This document shows positions 19,216-28,145 of a stretch of 64,000 bases of DNA, in pieces. Where the stretch lies: assembly GCA_965242685.1 (NCBI GenBank), contig OZ251487.1, positions 865,199 to 929,198 of the forward strand. The letters run 5' to 3'. Position 1 is the stretch's first letter, and each line of letters opens with the position of its first letter. A program made the translations under genes and the position numbers. Source of the stretch: Gammaproteobacteria bacterium (GTDB lineage Bacteria > Pseudomonadota > Gammaproteobacteria > UBA4575). The notes beneath the pieces were generated by a model. It had not been told where the DNA came from. It saw only the letters and a program-made list of their open reading frames with translations, and did no database searches.

Positions 19216-20913
19216 TTATTTGACGTACATGTCAACAATGGTCTTTTCAACGACTTCGGCAGACAGGCCTACGGTTTCCGAAAGCGTCGGGTGTGGATGA
19301 ATTAACGCACCCATCTCACTGGCGGTACAACCCACTTTGATTGCCAGGGCCGCCTCCGATATCAAGTCGCCGGCATGGGTACCGACGATGCCCGCACCGA
19401 TTATTTTTTTGGTTTTTGCATCGTAAAGGGTTTTGGTCAGCCCTTCCTTCCTTCCCAAGCTCAACGCCCGTCCACTCGCCGCCCATGGAAACGTGCCTTT
19501 TTCATATTTGATATTCAATTCCCTAGCCTGATTTTCAGTGACTCCAACCCAGGCGACTTCGGGGTCGGTATATGCCACGGACGGGATTAGATTACCGTCA
19601 AACCGGCTCTCCATACCGGCTATAACCTCCGCAGCCACCTTGCCTTCATGGGCGGCCTTATGGGCAAGCATGGGTGGGCCAACCACGTCACCCACGGCAA
19701 ATATATGATCAACGTTTGTTCTCATCCGGTCATCCGTCGAAATAAATCCCCGTTCGTCAACATGAACGCCGGCCTTTCCGGCATTAATTAGCTTGCCGTT
19801 GGGCACCCTGCCGACGGCAACAAGCACTTGATCGAACACGTCTTTTTTCTGAGGTACGTCACCGTCAAAGGTTACAAATATACCGTTTAACGTTGACTCC
19901 ATGCGAGTGACCTTACTGCTTAGGTATATATTTTCGTATAGACCCGCAATGCGCTGATGCAACGGTTTGACCAGGTCTACATCTCCCCCGGGAATCAATG
20001 AATCTGCAAATTCAACGACGGTTACTTTCGCTCCCATCTCGTGGTACACCATCGCCATTTCTAGACCGATAATTCCTCCACCTACAATGAGTATACGCCC
20101 AGAAACATTATGTATTTCCAGTGCTTCGGTAGAGGTAAGTACACGGGGGTCATCATACGGAAACCCGGGTATTTTGATCGGCTCGGACCCCGCGGCAATT
20201 ACTGCCTGCTCAAATTCGACGGTCAAACTTCTACCTTCTACAACGTCAACCTTCAGGCAATGCGATGATGCAAACGTACCGGTTCCTTTGACGATTTTTA
20301 TGTTTCTTTTTTTGGCAAGGGTAGCCAAGCCACCAACGAGTTGGTGAATGACTTTGTTCTTCCAGGCACACAGCACGTCGTTATCAAGATGAAAAGACGA
20401 GAAATTCAATCCCATGCCAGACATCTCTCTCGCCTCGCTTATCACTTTTGCGGCATGGAGCAAAGACTTGGAAGGAATACAGCCGACGTTCAAACACACG
20501 CCACCCAGGCTGTCTTGGCGCTCTATTAACACTACTTCTTTACCCAGATCAGCGGCCCGGAATGCCGCGGAATAGCCGCCTGGCCCCGACCCTAGCACCA
20601 TGACCTGTGTCACTAAATCTCGGTAATCTTCAGACGGTGATATTTTATCCTTTACGGTGGTCTCGGCCCCATCTGCTCTTATCTTGAGTAACAGTGTCTC
20701 TACCGTTACAACGTCACCAACCTCCACGAAAACTTCACTCACCGCACCATTGCACGGCGACGCGACTTCTATGATTGCTTTTTCAGTTTCAATGGCAATT
20801 AATACATCGCCCGCCTTTACCTCATCACTGTCGGCGACCAGAATTTCCTTAATTACCGCGTTGTCAACGCCCTCTATATCATCCGGGGCCGTAATTTCAG
20901 AAATCCCATTCAT
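19216..20913 (-). CDS. lpd: dihydrolipoyl dehydrogenase (E3) with a fused N-terminal lipoyl domain
   Basis: N-terminal lipoyl-attachment context (IAIETEKAIIEVASP). Then FAD motif VMVLGSGPGGYSAAFRAADLG and redox-active disulfide GGVCLNVGCIPSK. Confidence 0.85.
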   Translation of the reverse strand: MNGISEITAPDDIEGVDNAVIKEILVADSDEVKAGDVLIAIETEKAIIEVASPCNGAVSEVFVEVGDVVTVETLLLKIRADGAETTVKDKISPSEDYRDLVTQVMVLGSGPGGYSAAFRAADLGKEVVLIERQDSLGGVCLNVGCIPSKSLLHAAKVISEAREMSGMGLNFSSFHLDNDVLCAWKNKVIHQLVGGLATLAKKRNIKIVKGTGTFASSHCLKVDVVEGRSLTVEFEQAVIAAGSEPIKIPGFPYDDPRVLTSTEALEIHNVSGRILIVGGGIIGLEMAMVYHEMGAKVTVVEFADSLIPGGDVDLVKPLHQRIAGLYENIYLSSKVTRMESTLNGIFVTFDGDVPQKKDVFDQVLVAVGRVPNGKLINAGKAGVHVDERGFISTDDRMRTNVDHIFAVGDVVGPPMLAHKAAHEGKVAAEVIAGMESRFDGNLIPSVAYTDPEVAWVGVTENQARELNIKYEKGTFPWAASGRALSLGRKEGLTKTLYDAKTKKIIGAGIVGTHAGDLISEAALAIKVGCTASEMGALIHPHPTLSETVGLSAEVVEKTIVDMYVK

Positions 20914-21168
20914 GCCACAGCATTAGCCTACAGTTATGATCGTGCCGGCGTGTATGATTGTAGTTCAAGACGACTGGCCAAGCTCATGACACAAAAATAA
21001 ACTCAACCATTAAAGAACAGACTCAGTGATCGTAGCCTTCACCATTGATGTAAGACGGATATACATTATTCAACACTTATCAAGCATCCAGTTTACGGCA
21101 TCTTTCTTTCTCTGGGCTTTCTCAAAATCGGGAGTTGTTCGAGCAGGCCAGCGCAATGACAAGGTTCT

Positions 21169-21726
21169 TTATTTTATATCCAGCTTACGACCATTGATTG
21201 ACGTAGAGCCTGCAACTTTTACATTCCTAGTCAACATATCCATTACCGGACATTGATTTTCGACGGCATCAACAAGCGCTTCTAATTTTTTCCTTGATGC
21301 CGAGCTTTTTATGTTGGTTTCATATTCAATTTCGGAAAAACCAGGATACGCCATACTATCACCTTCAATTCCCAACAAACCTCTGACGTCCAGATTTGCG
21401 GTCAGCTTTACGTCACATTCCTCCAAGGGTATGCCTCTGATTGATGCCAAGGCCGAGAACATAATTTGCTGACACGTTCCCAAGGCCACCAGCACCAACT
21501 CGACCGGGCTTGCCCCTAAATCCGTACCCCCAAATGCCGGAGGCTCATCAACTAACAGTTTGTGCCCTTCCTTACGAATTTGGGCCTTGCATAAAACACC
21601 ACCTTCCCAGTGCGAATGAACGCGGTATTTGAACTTTCCAAAGTCTGCATCTCCATTGGCTCTTTCGATAATATTGTTGATAGAGGCCCTTATATGCTCC
21701 AGGCTTTCGACATTTTCTTCACTCAT
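21169..21726 (-). CDS. OsmC/Ohr-family peroxiredoxin-like protein
   Basis: DEPPAFGGTDLGASPVELVLVALGTCQQI block characteristic of OsmC. Confidence 0.7.
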   Translation of the reverse strand: MSEENVESLEHIRASINNIIERANGDADFGKFKYRVHSHWEGGVLCKAQIRKEGHKLLVDEPPAFGGTDLGASPVELVLVALGTCQQIMFSALASIRGIPLEECDVKLTANLDVRGLLGIEGDSMAYPGFSEIEYETNIKSSASRKKLEALVDAVENQCPVMDMLTRNVKVAGSTSINGRKLDIK

Positions 21727-21976
21727 ATAACAATCACCTAACCGAACAATTCACGCGTGTACGCCCCCCGAATAGGCTCCATAAAAGTCTTAACTTCTGC
21801 ACTTCAATTATGCTATCTGCGACGAAAAGTATTTAGGTACTCGGAGTATATCGTTCTACATCGTGCACAGGCACTGCAAACTATCCTATCACCCTTTGCA
21901 GCAACCTATTGCGCACCTTGCACCATTTCACGCGAGGGATGGATGGGTACCACAGAAAGTTATAGTCTAATCACCC

Positions 21977-22285
21977 CTAATCGTCATAAAGATTGGTGTA
22001 AGTGTCCATACCGACTCCCCCGTGATACTTGGGAAATGCGGCCACATTATTAGTGATATGCTTTCTCGGCATGGTTTCCCAAAGCTTTTCTGCATCATCC
22101 ATTTCCAGAACTTCTATACTCTCGTTGTCGTCATCCTGAACAAAGTAATTTGAGTTCAATGCTCGAAACAGATACTTCTTGTTATCTTCGTCATACGCCA
22201 ATAACGTTGACGTATCTGTACGATACGTCTCTGTATCAACTACTATTTGTAGCGCCTTATACTTAGGAGTGCTTTCTTCCGTCAC
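21977..22285 (-). CDS. hypothetical acidic protein (102 aa), GTG start with a good SD (GGAGGTG)
   Basis: Intact ORF with SD. Highly acidic, no known motif. Confidence 0.4.
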   Translation of the reverse strand: MTEESTPKYKALQIVVDTETYRTDTSTLLAYDEDNKKYLFRALNSNYFVQDDDNESIEVLEMDDAEKLWETMPRKHITNNVAAFPKYHGGVGMDTYTNLYDD

Positions 22286-22342
22286 TTTTCACCTCCATTA
22301 AACACACTTCTAATCATACATTTGTGAAACAGTCTTGGGTCG

Positions 22343-22939
22343 CTAGCTGTTCTTCTTCAGCGATTTGCGATAAATTGTAGGCCCCAGCGCACCGACTATA
22401 CTGAGCCTGTCCGCCGGAATTATCCTGGCAAAATTAACAATTGATTTGGCCAGTTGGTCCAACCGTTCAAGGACATCTTCATTTATCAGGTCATAGTTCG
22501 AGTAGTGCTCATTGTTGGCATAAACGCCACCCGGTAATACATGGGCAAGAAAAAATCCCATTATAGGCTTCAGTTCATGCTCTATGGCCAGGTAGTGATG
22601 ATCACTGCCACCCGTCGCAATCAAACCGACAGGCTTACCCAAAAGCGCATCATTTGGAATAAGATCAAACATGTTTTTCAGCAAACCAGTATAGGCCCCC
22701 CTGTACATGGGTGTGCCGATTAAAAGAGCATCCGCTTCTACTATCTTATCAATGACTACTTTTGAGTCCCCTTCATACTTTGCGGGGTCCCTACCATCAC
22801 AAAACTGCACATCATATTCACTGATATTAAGGGCCTCTACGTCAATGGTATCGTCATATCGTTTAGCAAACTCCAATGCCTTCTCAATCGCAATTAAAGT
22901 CTTACGGCTCAACCCTCCCGATAAACCAAGTAATTTCAT
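22343..22939 (-). CDS. NAD(P)H-dependent FMN reductase (SsuE/MsuE/SfnF family)
   Basis: MKLLGLSGGLSRKTL...ADALLIGTPMYRGAYTGLLKNMFDL...LIATGGSDHHYLAIEH follows the SsuE-type flavodoxin-like reductase pattern. Confidence 0.8.
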   Translation of the reverse strand: MKLLGLSGGLSRKTLIAIEKALEFAKRYDDTIDVEALNISEYDVQFCDGRDPAKYEGDSKVVIDKIVEADALLIGTPMYRGAYTGLLKNMFDLIPNDALLGKPVGLIATGGSDHHYLAIEHELKPIMGFFLAHVLPGGVYANNEHYSNYDLINEDVLERLDQLAKSIVNFARIIPADRLSIVGALGPTIYRKSLKKNS

Positions 22940-23043
22940 TTTCTACCTCCTTAAACGATTGTAATTGTTATGAGATAAATCAATGAAAAAAAGAGCTATG
23001 GTAATAAAGACAGCCCATAACGGTTATATATAGCTATACTACC

Positions 23044-23082
23044 AAAAAACGCGACTGTCACCAAACGAGACAATCGCGTTCC
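23044..23082 (-). terminator. rho-independent terminator downstream of the LLM monooxygenase gene
   Basis: Minus-strand RNA aacgcgauugucucguuuggugacagucgcguuuuuu: a 10-bp stem followed by a U6 tract. Confidence 0.55.
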
Positions 23083-23179
23083 TTTGGTAAACGCTCAAGA
23101 GCGTATCCTTAACGTAACCTAGTAGGCTAAAAGAACAAGGCCTTATTCTACTTAGGCGTAAGGATCTCTTGCGTTATAC

Positions 23180-24352
23180 TTACGCCGACTTCTTCTTACC
23201 GACTACTCGGCCCTTGCGAAGGTCTTCCTCCTTCTCGCGAACTAACGGAATGACCTTTTCACCAAACTGCTTAAGTTCCCAGTTATAGTGCAGGTATCCA
23301 GTCAGAACAACCTTTATGCCGAGTTGCTTAAGCTCAATGATACGATCGGCGACAGACTCTGGCGTCCCGATAAGACCCGTTTTGAACCCATCGTTATATT
23401 GTACCAAATCCTCAAACGATGAATTCGCCCACATGCCTTCACCTTCTTTCGATGAACGACCGGCTTGTTTGACTGCTTCACCAAAGCCTTTTACGGCTTC
23501 AACGTCCGCATTCACGATAATATCTCGCAAAGTTTCCGTCGCTTCTTCCATCGTATCACGAACGATACAAAAGCCATTACAACCGAACTGAAGCTCGCCG
23601 GGGTCTCGTCCAGACTCTACGGCCGCTGCCCTGGAGTCGTCCATAATTTCCTTGAAACCTTTGTTGGTATTGCCGTTCATGAACAGTACGTCGGTAACAC
23701 GCCCGGCCATTCTCCTTGCATCTTTGGAATTTCCGCCTTGGAACACCACGATTCTATGCAGAGGCTTCGGCAGCATTGGCGCCCCGTCAATCTGGTAGAA
23801 ATCGCCATAGAACGTGAACTCATCTTCTGTCCACATACCTTTCATGATACGGATAAATTCCTCAGACCTGCGGTAGCGCTCCGTATGCTCAAGCCAAGGT
23901 AGCCCATAGCCCGTGTATTCGCCCTTGAACCAGCCACTTACAATATTGATGGAAGTTCGGCCCTGCGTGCAGCAGTCAAGAGAAGCCTGCATCTTCGCAA
24001 CGATTGCGGGATGCCACAAACCTGGATGGCACGCCGTAATGACTTCAATCTTCTTAGTGTGCTGGAGAATTACATTCGCAATCGTAAATGCCTCATGCTG
24101 ATGGTCTGCACCATAGCTGGCAAACCAACGGGTTTGAGCCAGTGCGGTTGCAAATCCGGAATCTTCGGCATCCTGTGCATATTTGATATTTGCCTCTGGC
24201 GTCCAATCAGTATCCATAGGCAAGGTCGTAATGACCAAGCCACCAGAGATATTGGGCACCCAATATGCAAATTCTATTTGATCTGAGTCTACCCAAGCCG
24301 ACGGCTTTAACGAGTTCTCAGAGTTTGGTAATAATCTTGGATATTTTGCCAT
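23180..24352 (-). CDS. LLM-class FMNH2-dependent monooxygenase, SfnG (dimethylsulfone monooxygenase)-like
   Basis: Luciferase-like TIM-barrel blocks (FAYWVPNISGGLV, SGWFKGEYTGYGLPWLEHTERYRRSEEFIR, FEDLVQYNDGFKTGLIGTP) resemble the remembered SfnG/SsuD subgroup. Adjacent SsuE-like reductase. Confidence 0.75.
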   Translation of the reverse strand: MAKYPRLLPNSENSLKPSAWVDSDQIEFAYWVPNISGGLVITTLPMDTDWTPEANIKYAQDAEDSGFATALAQTRWFASYGADHQHEAFTIANVILQHTKKIEVITACHPGLWHPAIVAKMQASLDCCTQGRTSINIVSGWFKGEYTGYGLPWLEHTERYRRSEEFIRIMKGMWTEDEFTFYGDFYQIDGAPMLPKPLHRIVVFQGGNSKDARRMAGRVTDVLFMNGNTNKGFKEIMDDSRAAAVESGRDPGELQFGCNGFCIVRDTMEEATETLRDIIVNADVEAVKGFGEAVKQAGRSSKEGEGMWANSSFEDLVQYNDGFKTGLIGTPESVADRIIELKQLGIKVVLTGYLHYNWELKQFGEKVIPLVREKEEDLRKGRVVGKKKSA

Positions 24353-24403
24353 ACATCACCTCAATATTATTTATTACGCTAATTATACAAATGTTTTTTT
24401 AAT

Positions 24404-24592
24404 TTATACCCATACCTTCTTTGGAGTCCCTATCCCTTTTTCCTGCAAAATCTCAATTGCCTTGTCAGTATCTCCATGGGCTTCAATAAGAGCGTCTCGG
24501 CAATCAATGGTGCCCGCGCGCGTCGCATTTCTAACCGTTTTGATCATTTGTGCCGTTACGTCCTTAAGCCCAAACTCATTATCTGTGCTCAT
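24404..24592 (-). CDS. 62-aa protein with an EF-Ts N-terminal-like (UBA-like) domain
   Basis: ITAQMIKTVRNATRAGTIDCRDALIEAHGDTDKAIEILQEKG resembles the EF-Ts N-terminal segment ([42 protein letters not shown]). Strong SD AAGGAGGAG 8 nt upstream of the ATG. Confidence 0.5.
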   Translation of the reverse strand: MSTDNEFGLKDVTAQMIKTVRNATRAGTIDCRDALIEAHGDTDKAIEILQEKGIGTPKKVWV

Positions 24593-24710
24593 CTAAAATA
24601 CTCCTCCTTAAATACACAACTATCATAAAGGTGTTTATTGTAAATACTCTCTCATCAAATTTCTAATACGGTTGCGACATATTTATCGTCGGTTGCCGTA
24701 CAGCATCGCA

Positions 24711-25949
24711 TCATTGCTTTTTAATCGGTATCACGTGACCCATCTTTTCCGCCTTCGTATGAAGATATCTTTGACGAAATTCATGGCCATGATCATGGCT
24801 CCCCGACGTCAACATAGGTATCCGCTTGACCAGCTTGATGCCGTAATTTTCCAACCAATTACACTTATTCGGATTATTGGTCATAAGCTGGACACGCTCA
24901 ATGTTGAGTGCATGCACAATATGTGCGGCAATGGCATAATCCCTATGATCGGCATCAAAACCTAATGCCCTGTTTGCCTGCACGGTATCAAACCCAGATT
25001 CCTGTAGGGAATATGCCTTGAGTTTACCGGATAAACCGATACCTCTACCTTCCTCTCTCATGTAAAGCACGACTCCCGTACCATGTTGCTCAATCATTTG
25101 CATTGCCACGTGTATCTGATCACCGCAATCACACCGTAGCGAGCCAAATACATCACCGGTAAGGCACTCAGAGTGAATCCTGAGTAGTACGTTGTCGGTT
25201 TGGCTCCATGAGCCTTTCACCAAGGCCAAGTGTTCTTCTTCAGTAAAGGTATCCCGAAATGCAATCAATTCAAACTCTCCCCAGTGAGTGGGTAGCTGGA
25301 CGGTTACAATGCGCTCCACCCTGGATTCATAACGAAGTTTATATTTGATCAAGTCTTGGATAGATATTATTTTCAGTAAAAACCGTTTCGACAGCTTGAA
25401 TAAGTCCGGGACCCTAGCCATAGAGCCGTCCAGCTTCATAATTTCGCACAAAACGCCTGCTTTTCGTAAACCTGCCAAGTCCATCAAGTCAACGGCTGCT
25501 TCGGTATGCCCATTTCTCTTAAAAATGCCGCCATCTGATGCCTTGAGAGGGAAAATATGACCGGGACGTGAAAAGTTACTTGCATCCACTTTTGAATCTG
25601 CCAATGCCTTTACCGTTTTGGCTCGGTCGGCGGCAGAAATGCCCGTTGTCGTCCCATGCTTGAAGTCTACCGAAACAGTAAAGGGGGTCGCATGCAAGGC
25701 ATTATTTTCATCTGGTGGCACCATCGGCTTCAAACCCAATTCATCCGCCCGTTGCTGATCAATTGCCGTACAAATCAAACCACGGCCATGCGTAGCCATA
25801 AAATTGATCATCTCAGGCGTACATTTATCCGCCGAACCGACGAAGTCACCCTCATTTTCACGGCTTTCGTCATCGACAACAATTACCAGCTTGCCCCGCC
25901 GTATATCTACCAAGGCCTCTGGAATTGAATTAAAGCGAGCCGTTTTCAT
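24711..25949 (-). CDS. ribBA: bifunctional 3,4-dihydroxy-2-butanone-4-phosphate synthase / GTP cyclohydrolase II
   Basis: N-terminal DHBP synthase blocks (VVVDDESRENEGDFVGSADKCTPEMINFMA). C-terminal GCH-II zinc site (CDCGDQ) and RALGFDADHRDY. Confidence 0.9.
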   Translation of the reverse strand: MKTARFNSIPEALVDIRRGKLVIVVDDESRENEGDFVGSADKCTPEMINFMATHGRGLICTAIDQQRADELGLKPMVPPDENNALHATPFTVSVDFKHGTTTGISAADRAKTVKALADSKVDASNFSRPGHIFPLKASDGGIFKRNGHTEAAVDLMDLAGLRKAGVLCEIMKLDGSMARVPDLFKLSKRFLLKIISIQDLIKYKLRYESRVERIVTVQLPTHWGEFELIAFRDTFTEEEHLALVKGSWSQTDNVLLRIHSECLTGDVFGSLRCDCGDQIHVAMQMIEQHGTGVVLYMREEGRGIGLSGKLKAYSLQESGFDTVQANRALGFDADHRDYAIAAHIVHALNIERVQLMTNNPNKCNWLENYGIKLVKRIPMLTSGSHDHGHEFRQRYLHTKAEKMGHVIPIKKQ

Positions 25950-25987
25950 AAACTACATGACATCAAATACTTTTATATAACAGTTAT

Positions 25988-26075
25988 AGCATTTTTTGTG
26001 CCAAGTTACAGAATACCCTATATCTTATTTTTCGAAAGACTCTGCTAAAGTTAAAGTTACTTTCAGCATAAAAGC
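25988..26075 (-). promoter_or_regulatory. sigma-54 (-24/-12) promoter module, copy 1, driving ribBA (minus strand)
   Basis: Minus strand reads TTGGCACAAAAAATGCT (GG-N10-GC with the correct -24/-12 spacing) about 40 bp upstream of the ribBA ATG. The ~88 bp block is ~85% identical to copy 2. Confidence 0.5.
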
Positions 26076-26119
26076 TGTTTCTAATCGAAACAAATATCCT
26101 TTCAGTGTAATAAAATTGT

Positions 26120-26181
26120 GAATCGTAAAAAGTAAGGCAGAAACAAAATAGCCAGACTCACTTCCCTGCTTATCTGGCTAC
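26120..26181 (-). terminator. putative intrinsic terminator downstream of the binding-protein gene
   Basis: Minus-strand hairpin agccagauaagcagggaagugagucuggcu (7-bp stem) followed by the U-rich auuuuguuucugccuuacuuuuu. Confidence 0.4.
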
Positions 26182-26251
26182 ATAATATCCTCTATTTATT
26201 TAGAGGAGCACATTCTTCGACTGAAACTTCAGTCATCTAATTTTCCTACGG

Positions 26252-27694
26252 TTACATCATCTCCCATGTACTTACGCCCTCGGGAACCGGCGGCTGATCG
26301 CCCATAAGCGTCCAATTATCGCGGTCATTCGGGTCGTTACAATCACGCTTTTCGATCTTGTTTTCTGTACGATAGATCTCAGCAAGGCTATACAACATCT
26401 CTGGAAGTGCCTGACTTCTGATCCAAGGCGTCACGATTTCCCATTGTCTCTTCTCAACGTCATACTTTTGAAACTTCGAGTTGTGACCACCAACGTGATC
26501 TTTACAAGTCACTTTCATGGGTGCAAGCAAGCCCGTAGCACCCAACTCTGCAATGCGTTCTTCATCAAAGTAGATATTTTCGAAGCCCCATCGCACCTGT
26601 TTGGCATTCAAAACCTTATTGCCCCAGCGCTTCTGTGCATTGATGATCGCTTCTACATGCATGATACCTGCCGTAATGCCTAAATTATGGTAGACGCTAC
26701 CCAGGCGACTTTTATCCTGCAAGTCCCCTTCACCTGCACCATAAACGACTTCAATGATTTCATTCTGAACATCCGTAAAAATTCCGGCCGGGTGAGTTGT
26801 AATGGCCTGATATCCATGCGCAGCCTTGCCGGCCGGCCTTACATCCTCATCCGAATTGCTCCAGATATTTCCAATCAGATGGTTAACCGGAAAACCGATG
26901 CGTGCCGCATTCTGAATCGCCACTGGATTCATCACGCCCCAACCTCGTAGAAACACGAAGTCCGGCTTGATCTTACGAATGTTAATCCACTGCGACCCTT
27001 GCTCGTTTCCTGGGTGGGGAATTTCAATCTTGTGGTGTTCAAAACCATATTCTCCCCCCATCGCATCCATGTACTCCAGTGCATTTCTCCCATACGGCGA
27101 GCCATGAAACAAAGTCACGACTTTTTTGCCAGACATTGCCTTTGCCAAGTCTTCATTACTCATGTTTGGATCTTCTCCCGTCACCAAATGAGCCATGAAC
27201 CTTACCGTTGCATTGTACTCGTCAGGCACTCCCATCCCTAGAGGAAACACGTATGGAAACACTTCGCCATCTATGGTTTCACTCTTTCCATGGTTGACTG
27301 TAATCATGGGGATTTTATCTATGCGCACCACTTCATTTAGTGCTTCGGCAATCCCCACACTCAAGGGGTCAAAGAAAAGTGCGCCGCCTTCCCTGTCCTT
27401 CATGCGCTTATAACACTCTACGCCTCTCTCAACCGCGTATTCTGTTTCGCATTCAGACCAGATCAGCTTTACACCGCCTACTCCGCCATCGCGCATATTC
27501 TTCAGCTTATAATAGTCTAGAATTCCGCCATAGTAGCCCGTACCACCAGCGGCATATGGGCCGACGCGATAACTAGGGATGGGAATGTACATTTCCCCCT
27601 CAGCGGAAAAACCGGGCAATGAGGTAAGCAGCAACGCAGCGGATGAAACCACCAGCACTACCGCCTTTTTCAGGTTGTTAAATTTAAGTTCCAT
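26252..27694 (-). CDS. periplasmic substrate-binding protein, type I PBP fold (LivK/amide-urea binding family), orphan
   Basis: Signal peptide. 480-aa protein with Leu/Ile/Val-binding-protein-like architecture. No permease or ATPase genes adjacent. Confidence 0.7.
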   Translation of the reverse strand: MELKFNNLKKAVVLVVSSAALLLTSLPGFSAEGEMYIPIPSYRVGPYAAGGTGYYGGILDYYKLKNMRDGGVGGVKLIWSECETEYAVERGVECYKRMKDREGGALFFDPLSVGIAEALNEVVRIDKIPMITVNHGKSETIDGEVFPYVFPLGMGVPDEYNATVRFMAHLVTGEDPNMSNEDLAKAMSGKKVVTLFHGSPYGRNALEYMDAMGGEYGFEHHKIEIPHPGNEQGSQWINIRKIKPDFVFLRGWGVMNPVAIQNAARIGFPVNHLIGNIWSNSDEDVRPAGKAAHGYQAITTHPAGIFTDVQNEIIEVVYGAGEGDLQDKSRLGSVYHNLGITAGIMHVEAIINAQKRWGNKVLNAKQVRWGFENIYFDEERIAELGATGLLAPMKVTCKDHVGGHNSKFQKYDVEKRQWEIVTPWIRSQALPEMLYSLAEIYRTENKIEKRDCNDPNDRDNWTLMGDQPPVPEGVSTWEMM

Positions 27695-27848
27695 TATCTA
27701 TCGCCTCCTCGAAAATTATTTTTATAAAGCTACTTCAGATAAACCACACATGCATATTTTCGTTTTAATAATGAAAGAAATGCAGACCGAACAAAATAAA
27801 GCACTCCATTCGGTTTCGCAACTATACACCATGTACAAATCCAAGGTA

Positions 27849-27933
27849 AGCATTTTTTGTGCCAAGTTACAGAATGCACAATATCTTGTTTTTCGGAAGA
27901 TTCTGCTAAAGTAAAGTTGCTTTGTAAAAACTG
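27849..27933 (-). promoter_or_regulatory. sigma-54 (-24/-12) promoter module, copy 2, driving the binding-protein gene
   Basis: Same TTGGCACAAAAAATGCT element and conserved upstream block as copy 1. About 155-nt leader to the binding-protein ATG. Confidence 0.5.
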
Positions 27934-28145
27934 AAGATATCCAGCATGATTCGTTTCAGCCGTTACAAATTGGCGAAGTAATCAAGCAAGTACCTTGATA
28001 AATGTAATGATGTTATGTTTCCAATTGATACACCGCATGCCCTGTTTAGAAACACCCTAACTAGGGCGGCGTTGGCTTTATCACTTTAAGCATAGTCCCT
28101 TTGCCGCAGCAACAACCTCGAAGCACGGTACTCAAACGGCTTTCT

